Source: an uncultured Rhodobacterales bacterium (GTDB lineage Bacteria > Pseudomonadota > Alphaproteobacteria > Rhodobacterales > Rhodobacteraceae). From it: a stretch of DNA of 64,000 bases. The translations under genes were made by a program, and so were the position numbers. Positions within the stretch are counted from its first letter, which is position 1. Every line of letters begins with the position of its first letter. The stretch spans positions 95,474 to 159,473 of the forward strand of contig CAYGPT010000001.1 in the NCBI GenBank assembly GCA_964351755.1. Direction: 5' to 3'. The notes under the pieces are model-generated. The model was not told the DNA's origin. It did not search any database and was given only the letters and a program-made list of their open reading frames with translations. This document shows positions 1-8,914 of the stretch, piece by piece.

Positions 1-193
1 CGCACCATAGACCCGCCATACCGTCGAGGATTTCATTCCCTTCACTGTCGTGCAGATAGACACCCTTTGCCCGCGTGATGATTCGCGCCCCTTTTGCGGC
101 CAGTTCGCTGTTGGTTGTGAACGGGTGCATGTGGTGCGCTGCGTCCAGCGCCTGCAATTCAGCGGTGGGCAGGTGGTTTGTGATGGCGGGCAT
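1..193 (-). CDS. Class-III (omega) aminotransferase, N-terminal fragment; the gene runs off the left edge
   Basis: Reverse-strand ATG at 191-193. My translation MPAITNHLPTAELQALDAAHHMHPFTTNSELAAKGARIITRAKGVYLHDSEGNEILDGMAGLWC resembles the N-terminus of SpuC/omega-amino acid:pyruvate aminotransferases. It is divergent from a putrescine ABC operon. Confidence 0.75.
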   Translation of the reverse strand, partial: MPAITNHLPTAELQALDAAHHMHPFTTNSELAAKGARIITRAKGVYLHDSEGNEILDGMAGLWC

Positions 194-338
194 AAAAACC
201 TCTGAGATGAGAACGTGCCGAGAATATGGGCATAGCGCGCGCCGTCAATGCGACATGTGCAATCGCGCTGGACGGCTGCCATAAAACTTGGTTTCATGAC
301 CGACGACCCGGCAAACGGGCAACTTACGGGAGTACACC

Positions 339-1421
339 ATGAAGAATCTAATCCTGAGCACAACGGCAGTTGTCGCCCTTGCGGGCACAGCGTTGGCCGA
401 TGAAGTGCGTGTTTACAACTGGTCGGACTATATCGACGAAGAGTTGCTGACCAAATTCGAGGAAGAGACAGGCATCGACCTGATCTATGACGTGTTCGAC
501 AGCAACGAAGTGCTGGAAACCAAGATGTTGGCCGGTTCGTCCGGTTATGACATCGTGGTGCCATCGGGCACGTTCCTGCAACGCCAGATCACGGCTGGCG
601 CGTTCCAGAAGCTGGACAAGTCCAAGCTGCCAAACCTCGAAAACATGTGGCCCGTCATCAGCGACCGCGTCGCCAAATATGACCCCGGCAACGAATATGC
701 GATCAACTACATGTGGGGCACGACCGGCATCGGCGTGAACGTCGACAAGGTCAAGGAGGCGCTGGGCGAAGATGCGCCAATGGACTCGCTGGCCCTGGTC
801 TTTGACCCGGCCAATATGGAAAAGCTGCAATCCTGCGGCGTGCACATTCTGGACGCACCGGTGGAGCTGATCCCCGCAGCACTGGCTTATCTGGGTGAAG
901 ACCCCGACGCGCAGGACGCTGAAACCATCGAAAAGGCCGAGCCGATCCTGTCGGCGGTCGCGCCCTATGTGCAGAAATTCCACAGTTCCGAATATATCAA
1001 CGCACTGGCCAACGGTGACATCTGCGTCGCTATCGGCTGGTCCGGCGATATCCTTCAGGCCCGTGACCGCGCGGCTGAGGCGGACAACGGCGTGAACATC
1101 GAATATTACGCCCCCAAAGAGGGCGCGCTTATGTGGTTCGACAACATGGCCATCCCGGTCGACGCCCCCAACCCGGAGGCTGCGCACACGTTCCTGAACT
1201 TTATCATGGACGCGCAGAACATGGCGGCGGCATCGAACTATGTCTATTACGCCAATGGCAACCTCGCCTCGCAGGAGTTCCTTGAGGAAGATGTGATCGG
1301 CGATACCGCGATCTACCCTGACGCGGCGACGCTGGAAAATCTGTATACCACAACGCCCTATGATGCCCGCACACAGCGGACCGTCACACGTATGTGGACC
1401 AAGGTGAAATCGGGCACATAA
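339..1421 (+). CDS. potF: Putrescine/spermidine periplasmic binding protein (PotF/PotD family)
   Basis: 360-aa ORF with signal peptide MKNLILSTTAVVALAGTALA. PotF/PotD-like stretches are present (VYNWSDYI, GYDIVVPS, MWGTTGIGVN). It is the first gene of a potFGHI-type operon. Confidence 0.85.
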   Translation: MKNLILSTTAVVALAGTALADEVRVYNWSDYIDEELLTKFEEETGIDLIYDVFDSNEVLETKMLAGSSGYDIVVPSGTFLQRQITAGAFQKLDKSKLPNLENMWPVISDRVAKYDPGNEYAINYMWGTTGIGVNVDKVKEALGEDAPMDSLALVFDPANMEKLQSCGVHILDAPVELIPAALAYLGEDPDAQDAETIEKAEPILSAVAPYVQKFHSSEYINALANGDICVAIGWSGDILQARDRAAEADNGVNIEYYAPKEGALMWFDNMAIPVDAPNPEAAHTFLNFIMDAQNMAAASNYVYYANGNLASQEFLEEDVIGDTAIYPDAATLENLYTTTPYDARTQRTVTRMWTKVKSGT

Positions 1422-1433
1422 GCCCTGATCCCG

Positions 1434-1458
1434 GGGCGCGGGGGCATCCTCCGCGCCC
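1434..1458 (+). other. Intercistronic GC-rich stem-loop between potF and potG
   Basis: GGGCGCGG (1434-1441) pairs with CCGCGCCC (1451-1458). This is the classic position for a partial terminator or mRNA stabiliser after the binding-protein gene of an ABC operon. There is no T-tract. Confidence 0.4.
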
Positions 1459-1483
1459 ACCTCAAATTTGATCGGATTCCCCC

Positions 1484-2611
1484 TTGGCAGAGACGAATTT
1501 CGCCCCCTGGGACGACCCGGATGAGAAACCGCTGATCCGGTTTCGAAACGTGACCAAACGCTTTGGCGATTTCGTCGCCATCGACGATCTGACCCTCGAC
1601 ATATACGCACGCGAATTCTTTGCCCTGCTGGGTCCGTCGGGCTGCGGCAAGACGACAATGATGCGGATGCTGGCGGGGTTCGAAAACCCGACTACAGGCA
1701 GCATCGAACTGTCTGGCAGCGACATTGCAAAGGTCCCGCCGAACAAGCGTGCGGTGAACATGATGTTCCAGTCCTATGCGTTGTTCCCGCACCTGACCGT
1801 CTGGGACAACATCGCCTTTGGCCTACGCCGCGAAAGCAGCGACAAGGCCGCGATTTCGGCCCGCGTCGAAGAGATGCTCAAGCTCACCCGCCTTGAGAAA
1901 TTCGCCCGCCGCAAACCGCACCAGATCTCCGGTGGTCAACGCCAGCGTGTGGCTCTTGCCCGCTCTCTTGCCAAGGCCCCAAAACTGCTGCTGCTTGACG
2001 AGCCCCTTGGCGCGCTGGATGCCAAGCTGCGCGAGGCCACGCAATTCGAACTGATGGACATTCAGGAAAAGACCGGCACCACCTTTGTCATCGTCACCCA
2101 CGATCAAGAAGAGGCGATGACCGTCGCCAGCCGGATCGCGGTTATGGACGAAGGGCGGATCATTCAGGTTGCAACGCCCGACAGAATCTATGAGGCACCC
2201 AATTCGGTCTATGTCGCCGATTTTATCGGAGACGTGAACATTGTCAGCGGGCAGGTCAAAGCCACGGGCGATGGTGTTTATGCCCTGACCTATGCCGAAG
2301 GACAGTCCCCCGTTCACGCCGTATCGGACAAACCGCTGAGCGATGGCATTCAGGCCCATCTGGCTGTGCGGCCCGAAAAGGTGGCGATCCATACCGACAA
2401 ACCCGAGGGCGCTGATAACCTGCTGCAGGGCAAGGTGCTGGACATCGCCTACCTTGGTAATCTGTCGACCTACCACGTCGAACTGCCAGGCGGGCAGGTG
2501 ATCAAGGCGCAAACTGCCAACACCCGCCGACTGTCGCGCCGATCCATCACTTGGGAAGACCCGGTGTGGATCAGCTGGACCAAGACTGCCGGGGTTCTGT
2601 TGGAGCAATGA
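1484..2611 (+). CDS. potG: Polyamine ABC transporter ATP-binding protein
   Basis: Walker A GPSGCGKTT, signature ISGGQRQRVALAR, Walker B LLLLDEP, and a C-terminal TOBE-like tail. The ORF-track start is TTG. Confidence 0.9.
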   Translation: MAETNFAPWDDPDEKPLIRFRNVTKRFGDFVAIDDLTLDIYAREFFALLGPSGCGKTTMMRMLAGFENPTTGSIELSGSDIAKVPPNKRAVNMMFQSYALFPHLTVWDNIAFGLRRESSDKAAISARVEEMLKLTRLEKFARRKPHQISGGQRQRVALARSLAKAPKLLLLDEPLGALDAKLREATQFELMDIQEKTGTTFVIVTHDQEEAMTVASRIAVMDEGRIIQVATPDRIYEAPNSVYVADFIGDVNIVSGQVKATGDGVYALTYAEGQSPVHAVSDKPLSDGIQAHLAVRPEKVAIHTDKPEGADNLLQGKVLDIAYLGNLSTYHVELPGGQVIKAQTANTRRLSRRSITWEDPVWISWTKTAGVLLEQ

Positions 2612-3483
2612 GGCGCGCGGTCCTCATAGCGGTTCCCTACGCATGGCTGTTTGCGCTGTTTCTGATCCCGTTCGCGGTCGTCTTCAAGATTTCGCTGTCC
2701 GACATCGCGCTGGCCATACCGCCCTACACGCCGACGGCCAAGGACGGCATCTGGAACATGCTTTCGCAACTCGATTTCGAAAATTTCGTCTTCCTGACCG
2801 AGGATGATCTTTATTGGAAAGCTTATCTCAGTTCGCTTCAGATCGCATTGATATCGACGGTTCTGACGCTCTGCGTGGGTTATCCGATGGCTTATGCGAT
2901 GGCGCTTGCACCTGAACAGTGGCGGCCCACTCTGCTGATGTTGGTGATCCTGCCGTTCTGGACCTCGTTCCTGATCCGGGTTTATGCGTGGGTTGGCATT
3001 CTGTCCGGCGAAGGGTTCCTGAACCAGTTTCTGATCTGGACCGGGCTTGCCACGGAACCACTGACCATCCTGAACACCAACACCGCCGTCTATATCGGCA
3101 TCGTCTACACATACCTGCCGTTCATGATCCTACCGATTTATTCTGCGCTGGATCGCCTTGACGGGTCGCTAATCGAAGCGGCCGAAGACCTGGGCTGTTC
3201 GCGGTTAAAAGCGTTTTGGCTGGTTACCATTCCGCTGTCCAAGAACGGCATCATCGCGGGCAGTTTTTTGGTGTTCATTCCGGCGCTGGGCGAATTCGTG
3301 ATCCCGTCGCTGCTGGGCGGATCGGGCACGCTAATGATCGGTAAGGTTCTGTTCGAAGAGTTCTTTTCCAATCGCGATTGGCCGGTGGCTTCGGCTGTGG
3401 CGGTGATCCTGCTGCTGATTCTGATCATCCCCATCGTCCTGTTCCAGCGAAACGAACAGCGCCAGGCGGAGGCTGAAAAATGA
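2608..3483 (+). CDS. potH: Polyamine ABC transporter permease
   Basis: ATG 2608 overlaps the potG stop (ATGA). It is a multi-TM permease with an EAA loop (IEAAEDLGCSRLKAFWLVTIPL). The ORF-track start 2551 is a 5' over-extension. Confidence 0.9.
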   Translation: MRRAVLIAVPYAWLFALFLIPFAVVFKISLSDIALAIPPYTPTAKDGIWNMLSQLDFENFVFLTEDDLYWKAYLSSLQIALISTVLTLCVGYPMAYAMALAPEQWRPTLLMLVILPFWTSFLIRVYAWVGILSGEGFLNQFLIWTGLATEPLTILNTNTAVYIGIVYTYLPFMILPIYSALDRLDGSLIEAAEDLGCSRLKAFWLVTIPLSKNGIIAGSFLVFIPALGEFVIPSLLGGSGTLMIGKVLFEEFFSNRDWPVASAVAVILLLILIIPIVLFQRNEQRQAEAEK

Positions 3484-4298
3484 GCCGGCTCAGCCCCTTT
3501 AACGTCGTGTCGCTGACCCTCGGATTTGCCTTCCTCTACATGCCGATGCTGATCCTCGTGATCTACAGCTTCAACGCCTCAAAACTGGTGACGGTCTGGG
3601 CCGGGTTTTCGACGCGCTGGTATGGCGAGTTGCTGTCGAACGAGGCGTTCCTTGACGCGGCCTGGGTGACGCTGCGGGTCGCCGTGATCTCGTCGACCTT
3701 TGCGACGATCCTGGGAACCATGGCCGCCTATGTGCTGGTGCGGGGCGGCAGGTTTTACGGGCGCACCCTATTTTCCGGCATGATCTACGCGCCGTTGGTC
3801 ATGCCCGAGGTGATCACCGGGCTGTCGCTGCTCCTGCTGTTCATCGGGATCGGGATGGACCGAGGAGTGCTGACCATCGTGCTGGCGCACACCACGTTTT
3901 CGATGTGTTTTGTGTCGGTCGTGGTGTCATCGCGGCTGATGACTTTCGATCAATCGCTGGAAGAGGCGGCACTGGACCTTGGCGCATCCCCGTTCGAGGC
4001 GTTCCGCCTAATCACTCTGCCGATCATCGCGCCTGCGGTGATCTCTGGCTGGTTGCTGGCCTTCACACTCAGCCTTGATGATCTGGTGATTGCCTCCTTC
4101 ACCTCCGGCCCGTCGGCGACGACGTTGCCGATGAAGATCTGGTCCTCCGTCCGCCTTGGTGTCAGTCCCGAGATCAACGCGCTGTCCACCATTCTGATCG
4201 GGTTGGTCACCGTCGGGGTCGTTGCGGCATCGCTGGCCAGCAAACAGGCCACCCTGCGGGCCAAACGGGACGAACAGGCCGCAGCGCGCGCGCAATGA
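3480..4298 (+). CDS. potI: Polyamine ABC transporter permease
   Basis: The start overlaps the potH stop. EAA loop is EEAALDLGASPFEAFRLITLPI, with 6-TM-type hydrophobic segments. Confidence 0.9.
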   Translation: MSRLSPFNVVSLTLGFAFLYMPMLILVIYSFNASKLVTVWAGFSTRWYGELLSNEAFLDAAWVTLRVAVISSTFATILGTMAAYVLVRGGRFYGRTLFSGMIYAPLVMPEVITGLSLLLLFIGIGMDRGVLTIVLAHTTFSMCFVSVVVSSRLMTFDQSLEEAALDLGASPFEAFRLITLPIIAPAVISGWLLAFTLSLDDLVIASFTSGPSATTLPMKIWSSVRLGVSPEINALSTILIGLVTVGVVAASLASKQATLRAKRDEQAAARAQ

Positions 4299-5614
4299 GG
4301 CGCATCTTTTCTGACTATGCCTACGGGTCCGGTCCGCGCAGCGGGTGCTGTTGGGATGAAACCGCCGACATTGCGCCCAATCCGGTGCTGACGGAAGAGA
4401 TGGCGAGCGATGTCGTCGTAGTCGGTGGCGGCTTTACCGGGTTGTCTACGGCTTTGCACCTTGCGCAAGCCGGGGCGTCCGTAGTGGTGGTCGAAGCCAA
4501 TTCGATCGGATGGGGCGCGTCGGGGCGCAACGGGGGGTTCTGCTGTCTGGGCGGGGCGAGGGCCTCTGACTCCGCACTGGATCGTCGGTTCGGAATCGAC
4601 GGGCGGCTGGAGTGGCGCAAGGCCGAAGTTTCTGCTGTCGAACTGGTCGCTGCGCTGATCGATGACCTTGGGTTGGACGTGGATCGCCATTCGGTCGGAG
4701 AAACCTTTCTGGCGCATCGTCCGCGCGATGCGGCAGGGTTCGGCGAGGACGCGGAAGCGATCCGGCAGAACTACGGCGTCACACCCGACATTCTGACGCA
4801 GGCGCAACTGCCGTCCGTAGGCATGTCGGGTCCGTTCTTCGGCGCGATGACCACGCCGATCGGATTTGCCCTGAACCCCCGCAAATACGTGGCCGGGCTA
4901 AGCGAAGCTGCGCGCGCCGCTGGCGTTCGTCTTTATGATCAAAGTGCGGTGACAGGCATCGATGCAGGCGGGGTCAAAACCGCGCAAGGTCGGGTCACGG
5001 CCGGGCGTGTCATACTGGCCACGAACGGCTATTCCAGCGAAGATGTTCCGCCGTGGATGGCCGGGCGGTATATGCCCGCCCAGTCGACGGTGATCGTCAC
5101 GCGCCCGCTAGATGAAGCTGAATTGCAGGCGCAGGGCTGGACCAGCGGGCAGATGGCCTATGACAGCCGCAAGCTGTTACACTATTTCCGGCTGATGCCT
5201 GACGGCCGGTTTCTATTCGGGATGCGGGGCGGGGTATTTTCCTCGGCCAGTGCCGAGGCTGGGGCGCGGGCCAAGGTCGTGCGCGATTTTCGCCGGATGT
5301 TTCCCGCATGGCAAAGCGTCGACTTGCCCCATGCGTGGTCGGGAATGGTGTGCCTGGCACGGGACATGGTTCCTTTTGTGGGGCCGGTGCCGGGGCAACC
5401 GCGCATTCTGGCAGGCTTTGCCTATCATGGAAACGGGGTGGCCATGGGGACATTTTCCGGGCGTTTGCTGGCACAATTGGCATTGGGGCAGGAGCCTGCC
5501 CTTTATCCGCGTGTGATGCGCGAACCACCGCGCCCGTTTCCGCTGGGACGATTGCGCCGCGCTCTCATGCCACCGCTTTACGGTGCATTCCATATTTCTG
5601 ATCTGCGGCCCTAG
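4295..5614 (+). CDS. FAD-dependent oxidoreductase (DAO family, gamma-glutamylputrescine-oxidase-like)
   Basis: Rossmann motif VVVVGGGFTGLSTALHLAQAG. The start overlaps the potI stop. Its position at the end of a polyamine uptake operon supports the call. Confidence 0.8.
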   Translation: MRRIFSDYAYGSGPRSGCCWDETADIAPNPVLTEEMASDVVVVGGGFTGLSTALHLAQAGASVVVVEANSIGWGASGRNGGFCCLGGARASDSALDRRFGIDGRLEWRKAEVSAVELVAALIDDLGLDVDRHSVGETFLAHRPRDAAGFGEDAEAIRQNYGVTPDILTQAQLPSVGMSGPFFGAMTTPIGFALNPRKYVAGLSEAARAAGVRLYDQSAVTGIDAGGVKTAQGRVTAGRVILATNGYSSEDVPPWMAGRYMPAQSTVIVTRPLDEAELQAQGWTSGQMAYDSRKLLHYFRLMPDGRFLFGMRGGVFSSASAEAGARAKVVRDFRRMFPAWQSVDLPHAWSGMVCLARDMVPFVGPVPGQPRILAGFAYHGNGVAMGTFSGRLLAQLALGQEPALYPRVMREPPRPFPLGRLRRALMPPLYGAFHISDLRP

Positions 5615-6279
5615 GCGGGTTCGCGCAAACCGGCGACGTTGTCGGCAAAGATCATGTAGCCGCTGTCGAGCACAAGCAAAGTGGCACCATTGTCGATCCG
5701 CGCCTCCGTCACGCGCGAATAGGAAAGCGCAGGTTCAGTGACCAGGATCTCTCCGTTCGCCTTGCTTTCGATCTGGAAACTGTATTCGCCATAAGGCAAC
5801 GCCGTCCCGTCAGCTTTGCGCCCATCCCAGACATAAGGCTCAGCACCAAGGGGCATTGCGAGGCGTTGCACTTCGCTGCCTTGTGCGTTTGTCACGATCA
5901 ACGTGACCTCGTCCGCGGCAATTGGGGGGTTGGGTGCGATCGTTACAGGATCACCATCATATTTCGCGGGCCCTTGAATCAAGGCTTCCATCCCGATCCA
6001 GTTGGCCGCGCTGGCCATATCATTCGCACCAAGCGCTGACAGCATCTGCTCCATCAAGTCATTTGTTGTGACCTGCTGCTCCACCATCGAGAATTGAGCC
6101 AATTGCGCGGCATACTCCGAGGAATCGATGGGTTCCAGTGGATCCTGGTATTTTGCCTGCGCGGTCAGCATTTGAAGAAACACCTCGAAATCCGAGCTGA
6201 GCACCGAATTGCCGGAGGCGCTTTGCGGGGTCAATGTCGTGGTTGTGCTTGGGGCGGAGAGAATATCCATAGCTGTCAA
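5611..6279 (-). CDS. flgD: Flagellar hook capping/assembly protein FlgD
   Basis: FlgD N-terminal motif FLQMLTAQAKYQDPLEPIDSSEYAAQLAQFSMVEQ plus a C-terminal beta-rich domain. Its start overlaps the fliK stop. Confidence 0.9.
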   Translation of the reverse strand: MTAMDILSAPSTTTTLTPQSASGNSVLSSDFEVFLQMLTAQAKYQDPLEPIDSSEYAAQLAQFSMVEQQVTTNDLMEQMLSALGANDMASAANWIGMEALIQGPAKYDGDPVTIAPNPPIAADEVTLIVTNAQGSEVQRLAMPLGAEPYVWDGRKADGTALPYGEYSFQIESKANGEILVTEPALSYSRVTEARIDNGATLLVLDSGYMIFADNVAGLREPA

Positions 6280-7982
6280 AACCTCATGTCTATGCCATCC
6301 GGCGCGATAGCCAGGCGGGATGATAATTGTCCGGGAGCGGTTGGAGTGTCCAAAGACGGGATGTCTTCGATGTTTTGTACCGATGGGTCTGGCTTGTTTT
6401 CGCTGGCGTCATCCGCTGCCTGATCACCTTGACCGAAGGAAAATGAAATGTCCTCGTAGCCCATGTCCGCAAAGGATTTCCCGAGATCGTCGATATTTCG
6501 GCGCATCAGGTCGAGTGTATCCTGGCGGTCCGCAAGGATGTTGACAGTTATCCCTGCGTCCGACGCACTCAGCACCATGCGAACACGACCCAGTTCAACC
6601 GGGTTCAGCGCGATTTCGACGGACTTGTCAGACGTTCGCCTGACCGCTTCGGCGATCTGATGGGCTACGCTGGTTGCCATGTCGTTTCGCGGCGCATGCA
6701 CGTTCGCGGTTGCGCCGGTGATCGACAGTGTCGGGCGCAAATCAAAACCCATTTCATCCACCGCTTGGGACAACAGCGGGCTGGTGTCGCCAGTTATTTT
6801 GTCTTGCCCAAAAGTTGGAGGTCCTGCGCTCACCTTGATTGGAACAAGGGGAAGGCCTTTTGGTTGCATACCCGTACGGGTTGAGTCATCTGATTGGCCC
6901 TCGGAAATCGCTGAGGTTTGAGCAAGCCTGGGCTGCTGTATCCCATCTTCAAATTTGATCGGGCCTGACACCACGAAATTGGGACGCTCCCCATCCCGGG
7001 CATTCGCGATCAAAGTCGGGGCATGTCCACCAAGGTGGCGTTCCAGCATGGAAAGTTGTGCCACATCTTTGGGTTTGCTGATGTTTCTGGTCTTGTTGTC
7101 AAACCCGGGGAGTGGCCGTTGGTCCCACCCAAGCCCCTCGGCACCACCATGATTTGGCCTGCGAGGCCTGTTTCCCAAGCGGCCCGGCTCCAGGCTAGTG
7201 CCAATTGCGAGACCAGACGGTTGAATGTCAGTCGTCATTTTCACTGAGGTAACCGTGACGGCGGAGTCAATCGCGTCTGTTCGCCCGAACTGTGGGGCAG
7301 ACCTGATATGTCGCAGCACATCCGAGGTTGGCAAAACAGTGCTATTGAAAGCATTTCCATTTTGTATGTCTCGTGTGTTGGCCTGCGTTTTTGGGCCTGC
7401 AGATATCGGGGCATGCAGCGTTCCTGATTGCAGGATCACCCTGGAATTGCTGCCAGATTTAGTTTGTGCATGGTCAGCGTGCACGTTGCGGATTGGCAAC
7501 CTGGAAACATCGACTTGTTCTGGTGTGCCGCGATGCGTAACGCGAGGTGCCTGGCCAAGTGAAACATTTGGCTCCGAAGTCTTTGCTTCGGGCACTCGAC
7601 GGCTAGGGTCATCTTTGAACCCAATGCGGGGCGCGCTTGCGGATTCAACCGGCATTCCGACGGAGACTTCGGTTTGACTGGGTTTTGTCATCGCGACTTC
7701 GTCGCCATCCGTTTTCGCACCATCCGCAGCAGGCAATTTCCCGGGACCATCATCGCGTGTTTCGCGGATCGCCTCGGAGGCTTTTGGAAAAGTGTCAACG
7801 GTGGTCTCACCTTTTCGCGTGTCGTTCGGTGTATTGGCAACCAGTGCACCAAAGACATCGCCGAACGCATTTCCTTCTCCCTCTGTCCTATCGCGGTCCG
7901 CCACTGTGCTGGCAGGTTCTGTTGATTTGGGCAGGCTCGACAAAACAGTCAGGTTCATTCGGGTCTCCGGGATTTCTTCCAC
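6276..7982 (-). CDS. fliK: Flagellar hook-length control protein FliK
   Basis: Low-complexity P/S/T/G-rich body and a C-terminal Flg_hook-type domain (VEIALNPVELGRVRMVLSASDAGITVNILADRQDTLDLMRRNIDDL). The start is GTG 7982 or ATG 7958; the ATG has a GGAGA RBS. Confidence 0.75.
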   Translation of the reverse strand: MEEIPETRMNLTVLSSLPKSTEPASTVADRDRTEGEGNAFGDVFGALVANTPNDTRKGETTVDTFPKASEAIRETRDDGPGKLPAADGAKTDGDEVAMTKPSQTEVSVGMPVESASAPRIGFKDDPSRRVPEAKTSEPNVSLGQAPRVTHRGTPEQVDVSRLPIRNVHADHAQTKSGSNSRVILQSGTLHAPISAGPKTQANTRDIQNGNAFNSTVLPTSDVLRHIRSAPQFGRTDAIDSAVTVTSVKMTTDIQPSGLAIGTSLEPGRLGNRPRRPNHGGAEGLGWDQRPLPGFDNKTRNISKPKDVAQLSMLERHLGGHAPTLIANARDGERPNFVVSGPIKFEDGIQQPRLAQTSAISEGQSDDSTRTGMQPKGLPLVPIKVSAGPPTFGQDKITGDTSPLLSQAVDEMGFDLRPTLSITGATANVHAPRNDMATSVAHQIAEAVRRTSDKSVEIALNPVELGRVRMVLSASDAGITVNILADRQDTLDLMRRNIDDLGKSFADMGYEDISFSFGQGDQAADDASENKPDPSVQNIEDIPSLDTPTAPGQLSSRLAIAPDGIDMRF

Positions 7983-8009
7983 GTTGACCGCTTTATGGTG
8001 CAGCGATGG

Positions 8010-8024
8010 TTACTGGTTCTTTAC
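8010..8024. promoter_or_regulatory. Weak CtrA-like box TTAC-N7-TTAC in the fliK/flgJ-like divergent region
   Basis: TTACtggttctTTAC read directly. It has two mismatches to TTAA-N7-TTAA and lies between divergent flagellar operons. Confidence 0.25.
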
Positions 8025-8074
8025 TGCTTGCGAGCCATGCTGGAAAAAATTGCTCCAATTGAAAGGAAGTTGCG

Positions 8075-8353
8075 ATGCAGTTGACCCCGGTAAAAATCAT
8101 GGCCCCCAAGCTGGAGCGCCAAGATGCGGCGCTGCGCGTTGCCGCCCAAAAGCTAGAGGCCACATTCCTTGCCGAAATGCTGAAATCCGCAGGGCTCGGC
8201 AAAACGCGCGAATCGCATGGCGGCGGAGCAGGAGAGGACCAGTTCTCATCGTTCCTGGTTCAGGCGCAGGCCCAAGAGATGGTCGCAGCCGGCGGAATCG
8301 GTCTTGCCGAAGCGTTGTTTGAAGCACTCAAGGAGCGGCAGAATGAAACATGA
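8075..8353 (+). CDS. flgJ: Rod-binding protein (single-domain FlgJ/CheL-like)
   Basis: 92 aa. Rod-binding-type motif AAQKLEATFLAEMLKSAG...DQFSSFLVQAQAQEM. There is no glycoside-hydrolase domain. An AAGGAAG RBS precedes the start. Confidence 0.6.
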   Translation: MQLTPVKIMAPKLERQDAALRVAAQKLEATFLAEMLKSAGLGKTRESHGGGAGEDQFSSFLVQAQAQEMVAAGGIGLAEALFEALKERQNET

Positions 8354-8702
8354 TCAAATAGTCGAAACGATGGATGCGCTGGATGATGTGCTGGATGCAG
8401 AGCGCGCGGCGTTGTTGCAAGGCAAGCTTGACGAGGTCTCGCGGCTACATGCGCGCAAAGAGGGGTTGATAGATACATTGAACCGTTTCGAGTTCGAAGA
8501 TCCGACGGCCCTTGGCGCACTGCACGGCAAAGTCGAGCGAAACCAGGAGCTGTTGAACAGCGCACTGGACGGCTTGCGTTCGGTTGCGCGGAGATTGGTG
8601 GCGATCCGGCGTGTGCGCCAGTCACTCGACACATATGACTCATTTGGCAAGAAGCGAACCGTTGATGTACGCACGGGTGGTTCCGTGGAAAAGCGAGCAT
8701 GA
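8343..8702 (+). CDS. Putative FlgN-type flagellar export chaperone (tentative)
   Basis: 119-aa all-helical protein. ATG 8343 overlaps the end of the preceding gene. Its position next to flagellin and its composition fit the FlgN family; I saw no decisive motif. Confidence 0.4.
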   Translation: MKHDQIVETMDALDDVLDAERAALLQGKLDEVSRLHARKEGLIDTLNRFEFEDPTALGALHGKVERNQELLNSALDGLRSVARRLVAIRRVRQSLDTYDSFGKKRTVDVRTGGSVEKRA

Positions 8703-8914
8703 TAGATTGGGATTGATTCAAATCCGCTGGACACAAATAGACGCGTTTAGGGTTCGGTTAGTGAATTGAAGGGCATGGTGTCCTTGCACTCGCATCGGGT
8801 GGCGCATGACCTCGTATTTACGGGGGTGCATTTGTCAGAACGGCATTTGGTCCGTCCCAATGGGGGGCGGGACGTAACCCAAGGCGCAAAGCGCCGCGAC
8901 AAAAGGAAATGCAC

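Noticed and set aside
348-1658. There are very long ORFs antisense to, or out of frame with, the called genes. Examples are 348-1658(-), 8747-9955(-), 31056-32147(+), 45142-46224(+), 46276-47292(+), 48091-49647(-) and 55891-56892(-).
   Set aside because: These are typical shadow ORFs of a high-GC genome. Their translations are Arg/Gly/Pro/His-rich and low-complexity with no motifs, and each is fully covered by a gene with strong family signatures on the other strand or frame.
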